Of a stretch of DNA of 54,804 nucleotides, positions 1 to 9,243 are shown piece after piece (position 1 is the stretch's first letter; each line of letters starts with the position of its first letter). The notes beneath the pieces are model-generated. The model did no database searches, was not told where the DNA came from, and worked only from the letters and a program-made list of their open reading frames with translations. Position numbers and translations under genes: made by a program. The stretch is from a virus (Duplodnaviria; Caudoviricetes): positions 1 to 54,804 of the IMG/VR virus record IMGVR_UViG_3300012920_000051; one strand, 5' to 3'.

Positions 1-1
1 G

Positions 2-217
2 GCTGTCGCCAAGGCTACAGGATATCCTGTGGGCATATTACGTACTGAACATGAGCGCGGGGCTCGCGCTTGGGCAACAGGACGACGACCTGGGGCTTCG
101 CAGGCCGCATGGTCACGAGGTCGTGTGCTCTCATTCGTTCAAGGCGGTAAGACCACTAAGACTGCCGACAAAGATCTATATGCGAAGGCTAACAAGTCTA
201 GAAAGAAGAAACCATAA
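2..217 (+). CDS. Partial (5'-truncated) conserved viral hypothetical protein with RG.AW.TG.RPGA...W..GRV.SF motif (DUF5824-like, from recall)
   Basis: Frame open from window start: AVAKATGYPVGILRTEHERGARAWATGRRPGASQAAWSRGRVLSFVQGGKTTKTADKDL. Resembles a family seen in aquatic viruses; family name recalled, not searched. Confidence 0.55.
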   Translation, partial: AVAKATGYPVGILRTEHERGARAWATGRRPGASQAAWSRGRVLSFVQGGKTTKTADKDLYAKANKSRKKKP

Positions 218-282
218 TGCCATACGACACTAAGGGTAAGAAGAAGAAGGGCAAGGGCGGCAAAAAAGGCGGGAAGAAATAG
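217..282 (+). CDS. Tiny Lys/Gly-rich basic peptide (21 aa, MPYDTKGKKKKGKGGKKGGKK)
   Basis: ATG overlaps the upstream TAA (TAATG coupling); ends at TAG 280-282; below the ORF-track cutoff. Confidence 0.5.
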   Translation: MPYDTKGKKKKGKGGKKGGKK

Positions 283-309
283 TTATATAAAACTACCTCT
301 GAATCTGTA
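281..309 (+). promoter_or_regulatory. Motif B copy (palindromic core AGTTATATAAAACT plus GAATCTGTA)
   Basis: AGTTATATAAAACTACCTCTGAATCTGTA; one of 14 full co-oriented copies; upstream of phoH. Confidence 0.8.
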
Positions 310-401
310 ATGGACGTATATGCGCCTCGCGTGTCATATATTTATATAGAATGTTGTTGAGCAGACTGCTCATGTAGATACCATCCTATTAGGAGGTGCT
401 C

Positions 402-1298
402 ATGACTAGCATTGATGTTCTTGACCTAATACAGATTCAAACCGATTCAGCCACTATCAATTCTCTCTACAGGAAGAAATCAATCTCTTTAGACAACATC
501 CCGACCTTAGACGATCCGTTCGATAATCAGTACTTCGTGCTATCTGCGGGGCAACAATCCGCGATCTGTAAGGCTGATATTGAGCGAGATGTCGCTGTTG
601 TTGTCTCGTCAAAAGATGTTGAATTCCAAGGCGTAAAACCTCGCGACGCTCGCCAAGTGTGTATGATGGAAGGTCTACGCGAATCTAGTTTGTTCGTCGC
701 GCTTGGAGGCGCAGGAACGGGAAAGACCACCCTCGCGTTGGCCTATGCCGTTCAGCAAAAATTTCGCAATGATAAGAAGATCGTACTATGTAAGCCCACT
801 ACATTTGTTGGCACAAAGAGTAACGCGATAGCAGCGATACCTGGAGATCACCGCGAGAAAATGGCCGGATATATAGACAGCTACCTGTGTGCCATTACAC
901 GCATCTTAGGTGATTATGCAGAGCATCACGTCGCTGAATGGGAACAAGATGGCTCATTAGAGTTTAAACCCCTAGAGCTCATGCGTGGAATGCACTTTGA
1001 AGACTGCGTTGTAATCCTCGATGAGGCACAAAACACATCTCCTCATGAGCTGTTAACGCTCCTTAGCCGTATAGCTGATACTTCAAAACTTATTATACTA
1101 GGTGATAGCTTGCAAATAGACACAGAGGTCTTGTTTGAAGAGACAGGGCTTGGAACACTCGTCCATTCAAATGGATTTCTTGACTCCGATGTCTGTGCGG
1201 GTATAGAGCTAAAATCACAATATAGAGGCGTTCTCGCAAATGTAGCGATAGACGTACTTACTGAAATTAAGGAAAAACGTGAGCACACAAACAATTAA
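402..1298 (+). CDS. phoH: PhoH-family ATPase
   Basis: Walker A GGAGTGKT, plus LELMRG, ILDEAQN and IILGDSLQID motifs; AGGAGG RBS at 391-396 before ATG 402. Confidence 0.92.
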   Translation: MTSIDVLDLIQIQTDSATINSLYRKKSISLDNIPTLDDPFDNQYFVLSAGQQSAICKADIERDVAVVVSSKDVEFQGVKPRDARQVCMMEGLRESSLFVALGGAGTGKTTLALAYAVQQKFRNDKKIVLCKPTTFVGTKSNAIAAIPGDHREKMAGYIDSYLCAITRILGDYAEHHVAEWEQDGSLEFKPLELMRGMHFEDCVVILDEAQNTSPHELLTLLSRIADTSKLIILGDSLQIDTEVLFEETGLGTLVHSNGFLDSDVCAGIELKSQYRGVLANVAIDVLTEIKEKREHTNN

Positions 1299-1605
1299 TG
1301 CGATCAGAATGATCGTACTTGGCGTCTTCTTTAGCTATCCAATGCTACTCATGGGTACGTTGCTTGATGCTGTGTTGGTTCTTCCCCCGCTTATTGTGGG
1401 CTATTACATGTTTATTAGTAAAAAGATGACGTTTATGATCGTCGCCCCTAGACACATCATGTCTGCGATTAAGGATTACGCTTCTAGCCCATACATCCAG
1501 GACAACATCGAAAATATAGAGCTCATCGTTTACCACGAATCAGCAGACGAATTTATGAGCCACGTTGATCCTGAAGAGTTTCAAATTGAAGATTACATTG
1601 ATTAG
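1279..1605 (+). CDS. Hypothetical membrane protein (two N-terminal TM segments)
   Basis: Hydrophobic stretches IVLGVFFSYPMLL and VLVLPPLIVGYYMF; overlaps the phoH stop. Confidence 0.65.
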   Translation: MSTQTINAIRMIVLGVFFSYPMLLMGTLLDAVLVLPPLIVGYYMFISKKMTFMIVAPRHIMSAIKDYASSPYIQDNIENIELIVYHESADEFMSHVDPEEFQIEDYID

Positions 1606-2485
1606 CGATCTCTTCCCACCAAGGCGCGCAATCCCATTTACGACTTGACACATGATGATGCCCTAGCACACCTCTGAACGATTCGGCCTGTTTCTTCGTC
1701 AACGACGCAGACGGCGCTAACGTGACTAAGGGGATATCGAGCGCTATGCACAGATCTTCAATAACAAGACCTACTTGCTCAAGTATGCGCCCATCAAGAC
1801 TTAAGCACTCTACAGGACCCTTAATAGGGTTCTCCATAATAGAGACGTCGTAACCTCGACTTGTGTAATACTTGCCCCACTTAAGTGATGGCTGCTGACA
1901 TATATCAATGCCGATGCTTTGGTTGTTCATGAAGCCTGCGTGCCAAGACTTGTGCTGAAGATCAAGATATTGATACGTCACAGCCTCGTCACCCACAAGA
2001 CCTATTCCTGCGTGAGAAGACACCTTTCTAGCGCCACTGAAGCAGTTATACAGGTGCTCAGGATTAAGACCTCCCCAATGAACCACAAGGCTCTTTGGCT
2101 TCGTCGAGGCGAACCTTCTTGGCGTGTAATGACCTACGGCGTGTATATCAAGACCATTAGGGTCTTTATATTGAATCACGTTCGCTCGACCGCCTAGCGC
2201 GTCTCCGCGATACAAGAAGCCTCCGCGATCCTTCTGATCCGCTAAGATCACGCCCAATGTTCCAGGCCCAAGCTTTCCGTCAATAAAATCTTGATTATCT
2301 TGGCGGTGTTGAAACTCGAAGGTTGCTTGCGTCAACTCGTCGATCTGCCTATGAAGATTTTTCCTGTTTAAATTAAACTCCTCAAAGAACCAATCGGGTA
2401 GTCTGTCTGAGAGGCTCAAACGTCTTAGCGCCCTCGCGTTGTATTTATAAGCGCTCGACTTGCTGCTTGTGGTTTCGATTGACAT
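1553..2485 (-). CDS. N-acetylmuramoyl-L-alanine amidase (Amidase_2) with peptidoglycan-binding domain; probable endolysin
   Basis: PG-binding FQ...DGKLGPGT; amidase motifs LVVHWG, VSSH, SWHAG..N..SIGID and LGHHHVSSRKWDC. Confidence 0.85.
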   Translation of the reverse strand: MSIETTSSKSSAYKYNARALRRLSLSDRLPDWFFEEFNLNRKNLHRQIDELTQATFEFQHRQDNQDFIDGKLGPGTLGVILADQKDRGGFLYRGDALGGRANVIQYKDPNGLDIHAVGHYTPRRFASTKPKSLVVHWGGLNPEHLYNCFSGARKVSSHAGIGLVGDEAVTYQYLDLQHKSWHAGFMNNQSIGIDICQQPSLKWGKYYTSRGYDVSIMENPIKGPVECLSLDGRILEQVGLVIEDLCIALDIPLVTLAPSASLTKKQAESFRGVLGHHHVSSRKWDCAPWWEEIANQCNLQFETLQDQRGS

Positions 2486-2501
2486 TACACCTCATTTACA
2501 C

Positions 2502-2530
2502 TTGCTAAGAAAAATAGAATTATTTAACAT
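2502..2530 (+). promoter_or_regulatory. Promoter class A (sigma70-type): TTGCTA-N17-TAACAT
   Basis: One of 7 copies of TTGCTAAG with exact 17-nt spacing to a TAnnAT -10 box. Confidence 0.75.
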
Positions 2531-2566
2531 ATGTGTATGTTAAACCTTAACCTTATGTGTGATGAC

Positions 2567-2920
2567 ATGACCCGAACAATACAGTACACGCCCGAACAGA
2601 AGGATGCTTTTGACCGCATCATCCAAGCTATCGAAGATAGTCCTGAATTCCAAGAGCTAAAAGACTCGTTCGTCTACGAGGATCAGGGCATTGGTTCTTA
2701 TGAATATTGGGGCTTTAAGGGATTTGACTCTGAGATGGTTGCCGTCCCTAAAGAAGAGAAGAACGTCACGCTTGACTTCGACATTCCAGAGTTTGACTAC
2801 TATATGCACTCGATTGATGTTGAGATGAAGAAGTACGACATGTATGGGGATAAGATTGTCAATGAGACGTATACGCTCTGTATATCGTACTGTGGTAAGA
2901 ATGAGATACACATTGGCTAA
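2567..2920 (+). CDS. Hypothetical acidic protein
   Basis: ORF downstream of promoter A; contains GIGSYEYWG; start uncertain. Confidence 0.7.
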   Translation: MTRTIQYTPEQKDAFDRIIQAIEDSPEFQELKDSFVYEDQGIGSYEYWGFKGFDSEMVAVPKEEKNVTLDFDIPEFDYYMHSIDVEMKKYDMYGDKIVNETYTLCISYCGKNEIHIG

Positions 2921-2936
2921 GATTGGATTAACGCTG

Positions 2937-3665
2937 ATGAGTGACCAAGACGCGATAAAGATTAATTTAACTGATGGTGGGTTTGTGCGCCTTGTAGATT
3001 CTATGGGGAGTGACCTATCTGTGGTTAACTCTGCTCGGGTGTCATACGACACTCAGGTAAGCGAGATGCGACCGGGCAAAGACGATCGTCTTATTAAATA
3101 TCTATGGGAGCACCAACACAGCTCTCCGTTTAGACACGCTACTGTTCAGTTTCACATCAAGGCGCCGATCTTCGTGCTACGCCAATGGATGAAACACCAA
3201 GTGGGATGTTCTTGGAATGAGCGCAGCGGACGATATGTAAAATTTAATACAGAGTGGTGGTATCCCGAGAAGCTCTCATTTGAAGATGACAGCAAGAAAC
3301 AGGGCTCAGGGTACACTCTACCTACGGCGCTCAATGAAAGGGCATTAGGGGCCCTTCAGAAGGCTTATATAAGTGCGTACCAATCTTATGAGCATCTAAT
3401 AGATTTAGGCGTCGCTAAGGAGCAGGCTCGCGCTGTTTTACCTGTAGGTATGATGTCTGAATGTTATTGGACATGCTCTCTTCAGGCGGCGCTTCACTTT
3501 TTAACTTTGAGGCTTGACGCCCATACTCAAAATGAGACAAGATCGTACGCATGCGCGGTGTACCAAATACTACACCGTACCGAGCAATTTAAGAGCGTTC
3601 TTGACATTTGGCGAGCAGACTTTCTGAAAAATAGGCCTGAATGTGTAACGCTCTTTTCTCATTGA
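2937..3665 (+). CDS. thyX: Flavin-dependent thymidylate synthase
   Basis: GFVRLVDSMGSD..VVNSARVS, HSSPF, APIFVLRQWMKH..SWNERSGRY, KEQARAVLP and LRLDAHTQ.E motifs. Confidence 0.95.
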   Translation: MSDQDAIKINLTDGGFVRLVDSMGSDLSVVNSARVSYDTQVSEMRPGKDDRLIKYLWEHQHSSPFRHATVQFHIKAPIFVLRQWMKHQVGCSWNERSGRYVKFNTEWWYPEKLSFEDDSKKQGSGYTLPTALNERALGALQKAYISAYQSYEHLIDLGVAKEQARAVLPVGMMSECYWTCSLQAALHFLTLRLDAHTQNETRSYACAVYQILHRTEQFKSVLDIWRADFLKNRPECVTLFSH

Positions 3666-3678
3666 TTTAGGACAGAGC

Positions 3679-5637
3679 ATGTTAAAGAAGGTAAGCTTTA
3701 AGCTTAACGATGAATTTGTACTTTCTTACGCAGACAAGAAAGTCCCTTGGGGTCCTTTGGGCTATTTCGTATATAAGCGCACATACGCACGCAAAATCGA
3801 AGGCACAGACCGCACTGAAGAGTGGTTTGAAACTGTACGACGTGTCGTTGAAGGCACATACGCCCTTCAGCAGTCGCACTGCAAGACCATGAATCTCCGA
3901 TGGGATGCTGATAAATCTCTTCGATCTGCAGAGAAGATGTACGATAAGATCTTCAATATGAAATTCCTGCCTCCCGGTCGTGGCTTGTGGGCTATGGGTA
4001 CTGAGATGGTGTGGACAAAGGGTTCAGCAGCGCTGAACAACTGTGCCTTTATTAGCACCGATAACATTGAAGACGACCCTACCGCCCCCTTCACTTTCCT
4101 TATGGACATGAGCATGTTGGGTGTCGGTGTTGGCTCTGATACTCGCGGCAAGAACCGCGTTGTCGTTCAAGAGCCGAACATAACAGATGAGCCTTTTGTT
4201 GTTTCTGATGATCGAGAAGGTTGGGTTAATCTGATCCGTACTGTCATTGGAGCGTATTTTGGGCGAAATGATCTGCCCGCTGAGATCGACTACTCTGAGG
4301 TTCGCGCTTATGGCGAAGACATCAAGGGTTTTGGCGGCGTAGCGAGCGGGCCTGAGCCTTTGTCTCGTCTCGTAGACGACATTAAGCGCGTCCTAAATGA
4401 GCGTGTTGGGGGTGTGTTGAGCGGTGCCGATATTGTAGATATCCACAACTACATTGGTAAATGCGTTGTTGCTGGAAATGTGAGACGAACCGCTGAGATC
4501 ATGTTTGGTGATCCCGATGATACAGAGTTCCTTGATCTTAAGACAGACATTGATGCTCTAGGAGATCGTCGTTGGGCTTCAAATAACAGCGTATTTGCGT
4601 ATGTTGGAATGCCTTATGATGAGATTATTAAACGTGTCGCGAACAACGGCGAGCCTGGGTTTATCTACTTGGACAACGCTAAGCGTTTTGGTCGCCTAAT
4701 AGACGGCCCTAAAGAGAGCGACACTCGTGTCAAGGGTACTAACCCTTGTGGCGAGCAATTTCTTGAGAGCTTTGAGCTTTGTAATCTCGTTGAGACGTTC
4801 CCCGCGAACCACGATTCTCTAGAGGAATATCTTGAGACGCTGAAATACGCCTATCTGTACGGCAAGTCTGTGACCTTGATGCCTACTCATAATCAAGACA
4901 CGAACGCTGTGATGTTGAGGAATCGCCGTATTGGTGTTGGTATGAGTGGCATCGTGCAGGCGATCTCTAAATTTGGTCGTGAGAAATTCTTGTTCTTTGC
5001 GAATGAGGGCTATCGGATCATCCAAGACCTCGACACTAAATATAGTGAATGGTTATGCATTAGCCGATCTGTAAAGACCACGACCGTAAAACCAAGCGGT
5101 ACTGTCTCTCTCTTAGCGGGCGCGACTCCTGGGATTCACTATGACCACAGCGAGTATTACATCCGTAATGTCCGCTTATCCGAGGACTCTAAGCTTGTAC
5201 CGCCTTGTATAGAGGCAGGATATCCTGTTGAGCGTTGTCAATATCAGCCTGGATCTCTTGTCGTGTCTTTCCCTGTAAAGAGCGTCAACTTTGAGAAGTC
5301 TAAGAGTGATGTGACTGCGCTCGATCAGCTCTCGTTGATCCGCGATCTTCAGACGTATTGGTCGGACAACAGCGTCTCGTCTACGGTTACGTTTACTAAA
5401 GACGAGGTAGAATCTTTACCGGAGGCTCTCCGTATGTATGAGGAGTATCTCAAGAGCGTGTCGTTCCTGCCTATTAGCGATCACGGTTATGCACAAGCGC
5501 CGTATATTGAGATCACTAAGGAAGAATATGATGAGCTCTCCTCAAAGATCACTCCTCTTGACGTGCAGGATGGCCATGAGGTCATCGAACGCTTCTGCGA
5601 CGGAGATGGCTGTGATATCCCAATTGAAGGCAATTAA
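3679..5637 (+). CDS. nrdJ: Class II (adenosylcobalamin-dependent) ribonucleoside-triphosphate reductase
   Basis: PPGRGLW, NNCAF, VVAGNVRR, TNPCGEQ.LESFELCNL and TVKPSGTVS motifs; C-terminal FCDGDGC. Confidence 0.95.
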   Translation: MLKKVSFKLNDEFVLSYADKKVPWGPLGYFVYKRTYARKIEGTDRTEEWFETVRRVVEGTYALQQSHCKTMNLRWDADKSLRSAEKMYDKIFNMKFLPPGRGLWAMGTEMVWTKGSAALNNCAFISTDNIEDDPTAPFTFLMDMSMLGVGVGSDTRGKNRVVVQEPNITDEPFVVSDDREGWVNLIRTVIGAYFGRNDLPAEIDYSEVRAYGEDIKGFGGVASGPEPLSRLVDDIKRVLNERVGGVLSGADIVDIHNYIGKCVVAGNVRRTAEIMFGDPDDTEFLDLKTDIDALGDRRWASNNSVFAYVGMPYDEIIKRVANNGEPGFIYLDNAKRFGRLIDGPKESDTRVKGTNPCGEQFLESFELCNLVETFPANHDSLEEYLETLKYAYLYGKSVTLMPTHNQDTNAVMLRNRRIGVGMSGIVQAISKFGREKFLFFANEGYRIIQDLDTKYSEWLCISRSVKTTTVKPSGTVSLLAGATPGIHYDHSEYYIRNVRLSEDSKLVPPCIEAGYPVERCQYQPGSLVVSFPVKSVNFEKSKSDVTALDQLSLIRDLQTYWSDNSVSSTVTFTKDEVESLPEALRMYEEYLKSVSFLPISDHGYAQAPYIEITKEEYDELSSKITPLDVQDGHEVIERFCDGDGCDIPIEGN

Positions 5638-5643
5638 ATAAAT

Positions 5644-5672
5644 TTGCTAAGAATTGTGGATTCGCGTATTAT
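5644..5672 (+). promoter_or_regulatory. Promoter class A: TTGCTA-N17-TATTAT
   Basis: AAATAAATTTGCTAAGAATTGTGGATTCGCGTATTAT. Confidence 0.85.
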
Positions 5673-5690
5673 ATATACACGTTCAATGTG

Positions 5691-5719
5691 ACTTTTCTAT
5701 AACTCGCCTTGAACATGTA
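5691..5719 (+). promoter_or_regulatory. Motif B, degenerate copy
   Basis: ACTTTTCTATAACTCGCCTTGAACATGTA, preceded by TTCAATGTG as at the 16094 and 18467 copies. Confidence 0.65.
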
Positions 5720-5751
5720 TCTATAACCCTACTAACTCATTGGAGTTACTG

Positions 5752-6054
5752 ATGTCTAATACCGATAATCCACGTCGTTACGCCTTCCCTGTGGGGCAAA
5801 CCACTACTGATGGCAGAGATCTTGTCGCTGTTGATGAGCCTTGTGCAACTCAGAAGATGGAGCTTTTGTCTGAGGCGTTTGCTCGAGGTGGTATGGATGC
5901 TTACAACGAGCAGATGATGATTCTTAAGCGATACCCGCCCGTTGAGGTGCATGATCTCGACACAAACTCTCCGGCGTGTCGCGCCGCATACAAGGACTTC
6001 CACAAGATGCTGAACGAGTGTCCGGTCATCCGTCGTGCGATTACGGGTAAATGA
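5752..6054 (+). CDS. Hypothetical protein
   Basis: GGAG RBS before ATG 5752; follows promoter A. Confidence 0.7.
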   Translation: MSNTDNPRRYAFPVGQTTTDGRDLVAVDEPCATQKMELLSEAFARGGMDAYNEQMMILKRYPPVEVHDLDTNSPACRAAYKDFHKMLNECPVIRRAITGK

Positions 6055-6055
6055 T

Positions 6056-6430
6056 ATGAACTACGATCTTAAGAGGATGAACAACGCCGTTGGCGTCATC
6101 AACTTGTCGCAGGGCTACGCAGTAGACCAATATATCGAGGATAATTACTTATTAGACTCAATCATCTTCGCTAAGGGTCTTGCCTTCGCGATTAACGTCT
6201 CGACGCGCGTCCGGCTTGATGACATTGACGTGCCTGTCTACTCACACTTACAGGCGTTTCGATCAAAGGCTATACTTGAGCGCTTGCGAACATCTCAGAT
6301 TGACGCAGAGCTCGTCGATGTCGCGGAGCGCTCGGGGATGTGTGTATTTGACATTAAGCATATATACTCATTCATTAAGCGTAACTACAACGCTAAGAGT
6401 CAAAAATCATTCCTAGCAGGCTTAGCTTAA
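6056..6430 (+). CDS. Hypothetical protein
   Basis: ORF abutting the upstream stop. Confidence 0.7.
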   Translation: MNYDLKRMNNAVGVINLSQGYAVDQYIEDNYLLDSIIFAKGLAFAINVSTRVRLDDIDVPVYSHLQAFRSKAILERLRTSQIDAELVDVAERSGMCVFDIKHIYSFIKRNYNAKSQKSFLAGLA

Positions 6431-6522
6431 TTCTTCGAGACATACACACGCAACGTGTAGGCATACTACTAAGACAGTCTCGTATTAGAATTCAAATAAC
6501 GCTTATAAGCGCTATAATAAAT

Positions 6523-6551
6523 TTGCTAAGAAAATAGATTATCTGTAATAT
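6523..6551 (+). promoter_or_regulatory. Promoter class A: TTGCTA-N17-TAATAT
   Basis: Matches the class A consensus; hairpin CATGATCA-ATAA-TGATCATG at the predicted +1. Confidence 0.85.
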
Positions 6552-6597
6552 ACTTACATGATCAATAATGATCATGACCCTTTAATCTCTTGTTTTA

Positions 6598-7512
6598 ATG
6601 GAAACAACGATGCAAGAACAAAACACCCTTAACCTAAACGAGTTGTACGCCGACGCTAAGAGCGTTCGCGACGCTATTAAACAAAAGGTGGCGCACTCGC
6701 GCAATCCGATGATAGAGGTATTTCACGACCACTTTGAGATCGCACTTCGGACTCCACCAATTCTAGCCGACACTGGCTTTGAAAAACTTGGCGACATCAC
6801 CGCGTTCTCGGACGCGATGCTCGCAATCAAGGATATGTGTCCTGACTATTTCGACGTTGGATTCGCGATTAACTCAATTGGCGAGATCGTACTGTACTAC
6901 CGACCGAATGCCTTTTATGCCGGGAACACGATGGCGCAGATGGTCATAGAGTCATTCACCCCCGAGGACATCGAGATTCACGTCCTGAGAGAGAGTGTCA
7001 ATCGCTTTCAGCGCCACATGCGACGTCGCTTGACAAGCACACAGGTCCGTGTCGTTAACGAGCGTACGACTGCTTCTCGTAAGACTCAACATCTTCGCGT
7101 CACTGAGAAGACTCCCGCAATCTCAGTGCCTTTTGATTGCGGTGCTCGCACGTCACCCTATGGCCGCGATTATGTTGTGTTTAGCATGAACGCCGTATAC
7201 GCAGCTGAGAACTTCGACTTGGGTTACAATCTGTCGGAGCTGATTGACCTAACTCGCCAAGGCGTGATCTCATTCTTGAAGACAACTGATTCGACTTGGA
7301 TGTGGGCGCGCCAAGACGATGACTATCGGATTGCTCCTCTTTGCTACGAGATTGATTGGGATCTCGACGAGGAGGACTACGTTCACGCCAACGCGGGTGA
7401 ACCTCTCCCAAGATTCCTTGAGCGTGACAACCTTGAGACAGCGGATGACTTTGTTAACCGCATCACTGAGGAGTATGGCTACTGCGTCTCAGGCATTCAA
7501 CCTGTCGTATAA
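6598..7512 (+). CDS. Hypothetical protein
   Basis: 304-aa ORF after promoter A; no recognised motif. Confidence 0.8.
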   Translation: METTMQEQNTLNLNELYADAKSVRDAIKQKVAHSRNPMIEVFHDHFEIALRTPPILADTGFEKLGDITAFSDAMLAIKDMCPDYFDVGFAINSIGEIVLYYRPNAFYAGNTMAQMVIESFTPEDIEIHVLRESVNRFQRHMRRRLTSTQVRVVNERTTASRKTQHLRVTEKTPAISVPFDCGARTSPYGRDYVVFSMNAVYAAENFDLGYNLSELIDLTRQGVISFLKTTDSTWMWARQDDDYRIAPLCYEIDWDLDEEDYVHANAGEPLPRFLERDNLETADDFVNRITEEYGYCVSGIQPVV

Positions 7513-7521
7513 GGAGTTATT

Positions 7522-7827
7522 ATGACAGCATCTGCATACTTCCCCCGCGCTGAAGAGATTGCCTCTGAATATAAGGGCGCGAAGATTACCCGAATTGATA
7601 ACTATTGTGGCCGCACAGGGCCTCTTGGCAAGGCGCTGCGTATAACAGTTCCTCGTGTCAATGATGTTAAGTGTCCTATTAAGCGTCTCCAACACCCTCT
7701 GCTCTCAGAGCTCCGCACCGCTTACCCTAGAGATTACCACCATCATGGTTGCCTTCGTGTAAAGATCGATGATGAGAGCATCGTTTATCTGTCTTATAAG
7801 ACTTTTGTCCTCCACTTATCGTCATAG
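7522..7827 (+). CDS. Hypothetical protein
   Basis: AAGGAG RBS; 101 aa. Confidence 0.75.
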   Translation: MTASAYFPRAEEIASEYKGAKITRIDNYCGRTGPLGKALRITVPRVNDVKCPIKRLQHPLLSELRTAYPRDYHHHGCLRVKIDDESIVYLSYKTFVLHLSS

Positions 7828-7847
7828 CATTGACAAAGGAAATCGCA

Positions 7848-8108
7848 ATGGATCACGATTTTAGACTACCTGAAGAACATAAAGAGCTCTTGGCGTTAAT
7901 TAAGAAGAACAACAAGGTTCTTGAACTCCAGCAGATTCCTTATGGAGATAACGCTTTCTTGCTTCTTGGGGCGCTACGATTCAACCTAAAAAGGGGCGGA
8001 TGGCCGCGAGAAGACGTAGACAAGGCGGTTGAGCTCTGTATGACTGGAGACTATGAGCGACTCCAACACTTCGTAAGCGTTTGTCTGCTTCATCCCAAGA
8101 AGCACTAG
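7848..8108 (+). CDS. Small conserved phage protein (NAF.LLG....LKR.G...GDY type)
   Basis: AAGGA RBS; motif DNAFLLLGALRFNLKRGGW...MTGDYERL resembles a common small phage family. Confidence 0.7.
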   Translation: MDHDFRLPEEHKELLALIKKNNKVLELQQIPYGDNAFLLLGALRFNLKRGGWPREDVDKAVELCMTGDYERLQHFVSVCLLHPKKH

Positions 8109-8137
8109 ACTTATATAAAACTACCTCTGAATCCGTA
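8109..8137 (+). promoter_or_regulatory. Motif B copy
   Basis: ACTTATATAAAACTACCTCTGAATCCGTA, ending 10 nt before the ATG at 8148. Confidence 0.8.
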
Positions 8138-8147
8138 TGGACTAATA

Positions 8148-9131
8148 ATGCGTATACCAAGCAGAATGTTCTCTATCGACACAGAGCGCACGTACTTCTA
8201 TTTCCGTCTAGCCACAGGCACTTTGTCTGTCTCTGATGGAGACATCGTACATAGCGAGCCTGTCGATGACTTCCCTGATTTTCAGATAGCCCTCTCCCAT
8301 TTAGAATACACCCGCATACGAGCCTTGATTAAGGCCCACTCCCTCACACACATGTACCTTCAGCATCTCGACCCTGATAAGATGACCCTCGTTTCAGGTA
8401 CATACGAGATCGTCGTTGAAATATGCGGAGGAATCCGCGAATGGGATGTCACCCTTCCAGGTCTTCGGCGGCTACGAGATGACGCTAAGCCTTTCACGCT
8501 TGTTAACGCCCTAAAAGAGATTAAGCCTTATATATCTAAGGACTCGTCTCGTACACTTTTACAAGGCGTCAAGGTGGCTGATGGCTTTATTTATGCGACA
8601 GACGGCATTAAGCTTATTAGATGCCCTGTTGACGCAGACTACTCTCTGTATTTGACCGCTGATGGGGTCAAAGAGATCCTAAACATGGACCGGGCGCTCA
8701 TCTTAGAGCATGAGGATCTGTTTTTCATCTCAAACTTTAAGACTACTGTGATCGCGCATAAAGACGATGATCGTATTATGGAGTTCCCTCCCGTAGAGTC
8801 TCTCATTAAGATGTTCGACGACGATACTGAGCACCCAATAAAGAGCACAATCCGTAAATCATTTCTCGATTGTAGAGGCTCTGAGGACTCGATGCTCACC
8901 TACACGATAAATGAAGACGTTCATACTTTAACGTGGGGAGACGTTACTCGCCGTTATAAGACTAAGACCTCATCGGTGTTAACGCTTAAGGCCGACATGT
9001 CATTATTACCCAAGGATCACATCTCTAGGATCGTGACAACTCGCGTACATCTAGGTGACAAAGATCAGCCAAGGTTTGTCTTGTTTCAGACAGCCGAAAA
9101 CCGGACGATTGTTCTCGCCTGTTGGTGTTAA
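8148..9131 (+). CDS. DNA polymerase III beta-clamp-like protein (divergent)
   Basis: ISKDSSRTLLQGV...IYATDGIKL and EFPPVESLI match the DnaN central-domain pattern S.D..R..L.GV...ATDG.RL and (Y/F)P. Confidence 0.65.
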   Translation: MRIPSRMFSIDTERTYFYFRLATGTLSVSDGDIVHSEPVDDFPDFQIALSHLEYTRIRALIKAHSLTHMYLQHLDPDKMTLVSGTYEIVVEICGGIREWDVTLPGLRRLRDDAKPFTLVNALKEIKPYISKDSSRTLLQGVKVADGFIYATDGIKLIRCPVDADYSLYLTADGVKEILNMDRALILEHEDLFFISNFKTTVIAHKDDDRIMEFPPVESLIKMFDDDTEHPIKSTIRKSFLDCRGSEDSMLTYTINEDVHTLTWGDVTRRYKTKTSSVLTLKADMSLLPKDHISRIVTTRVHLGDKDQPRFVLFQTAENRTIVLACWC

Positions 9132-9139
9132 ATATAAAT

Positions 9140-9168
9140 TTGCTAAGAAAAATAGATTTTGTTATTAT
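9140..9168 (+). promoter_or_regulatory. Promoter class A: TTGCTA-N17-TATTAT
   Basis: Consensus match; hairpin GTGTGATT-AACA-AATCACAC at 9186-9205. Confidence 0.85.
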
Positions 9169-9243
9169 ATATGTATTAAATGATTGTGTGATTAACAAAT
9201 CACACGCCCCCCAATCACCATTAAATCTCAAAGGAGATTGACC

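Noticed and set aside
9186-9205. GTGA..TCAC inverted repeats as CRP/FNR sites
   Set aside because: Half-site spacing varies between copies and all lie just downstream of the predicted +1, which fits RNA hairpins better.
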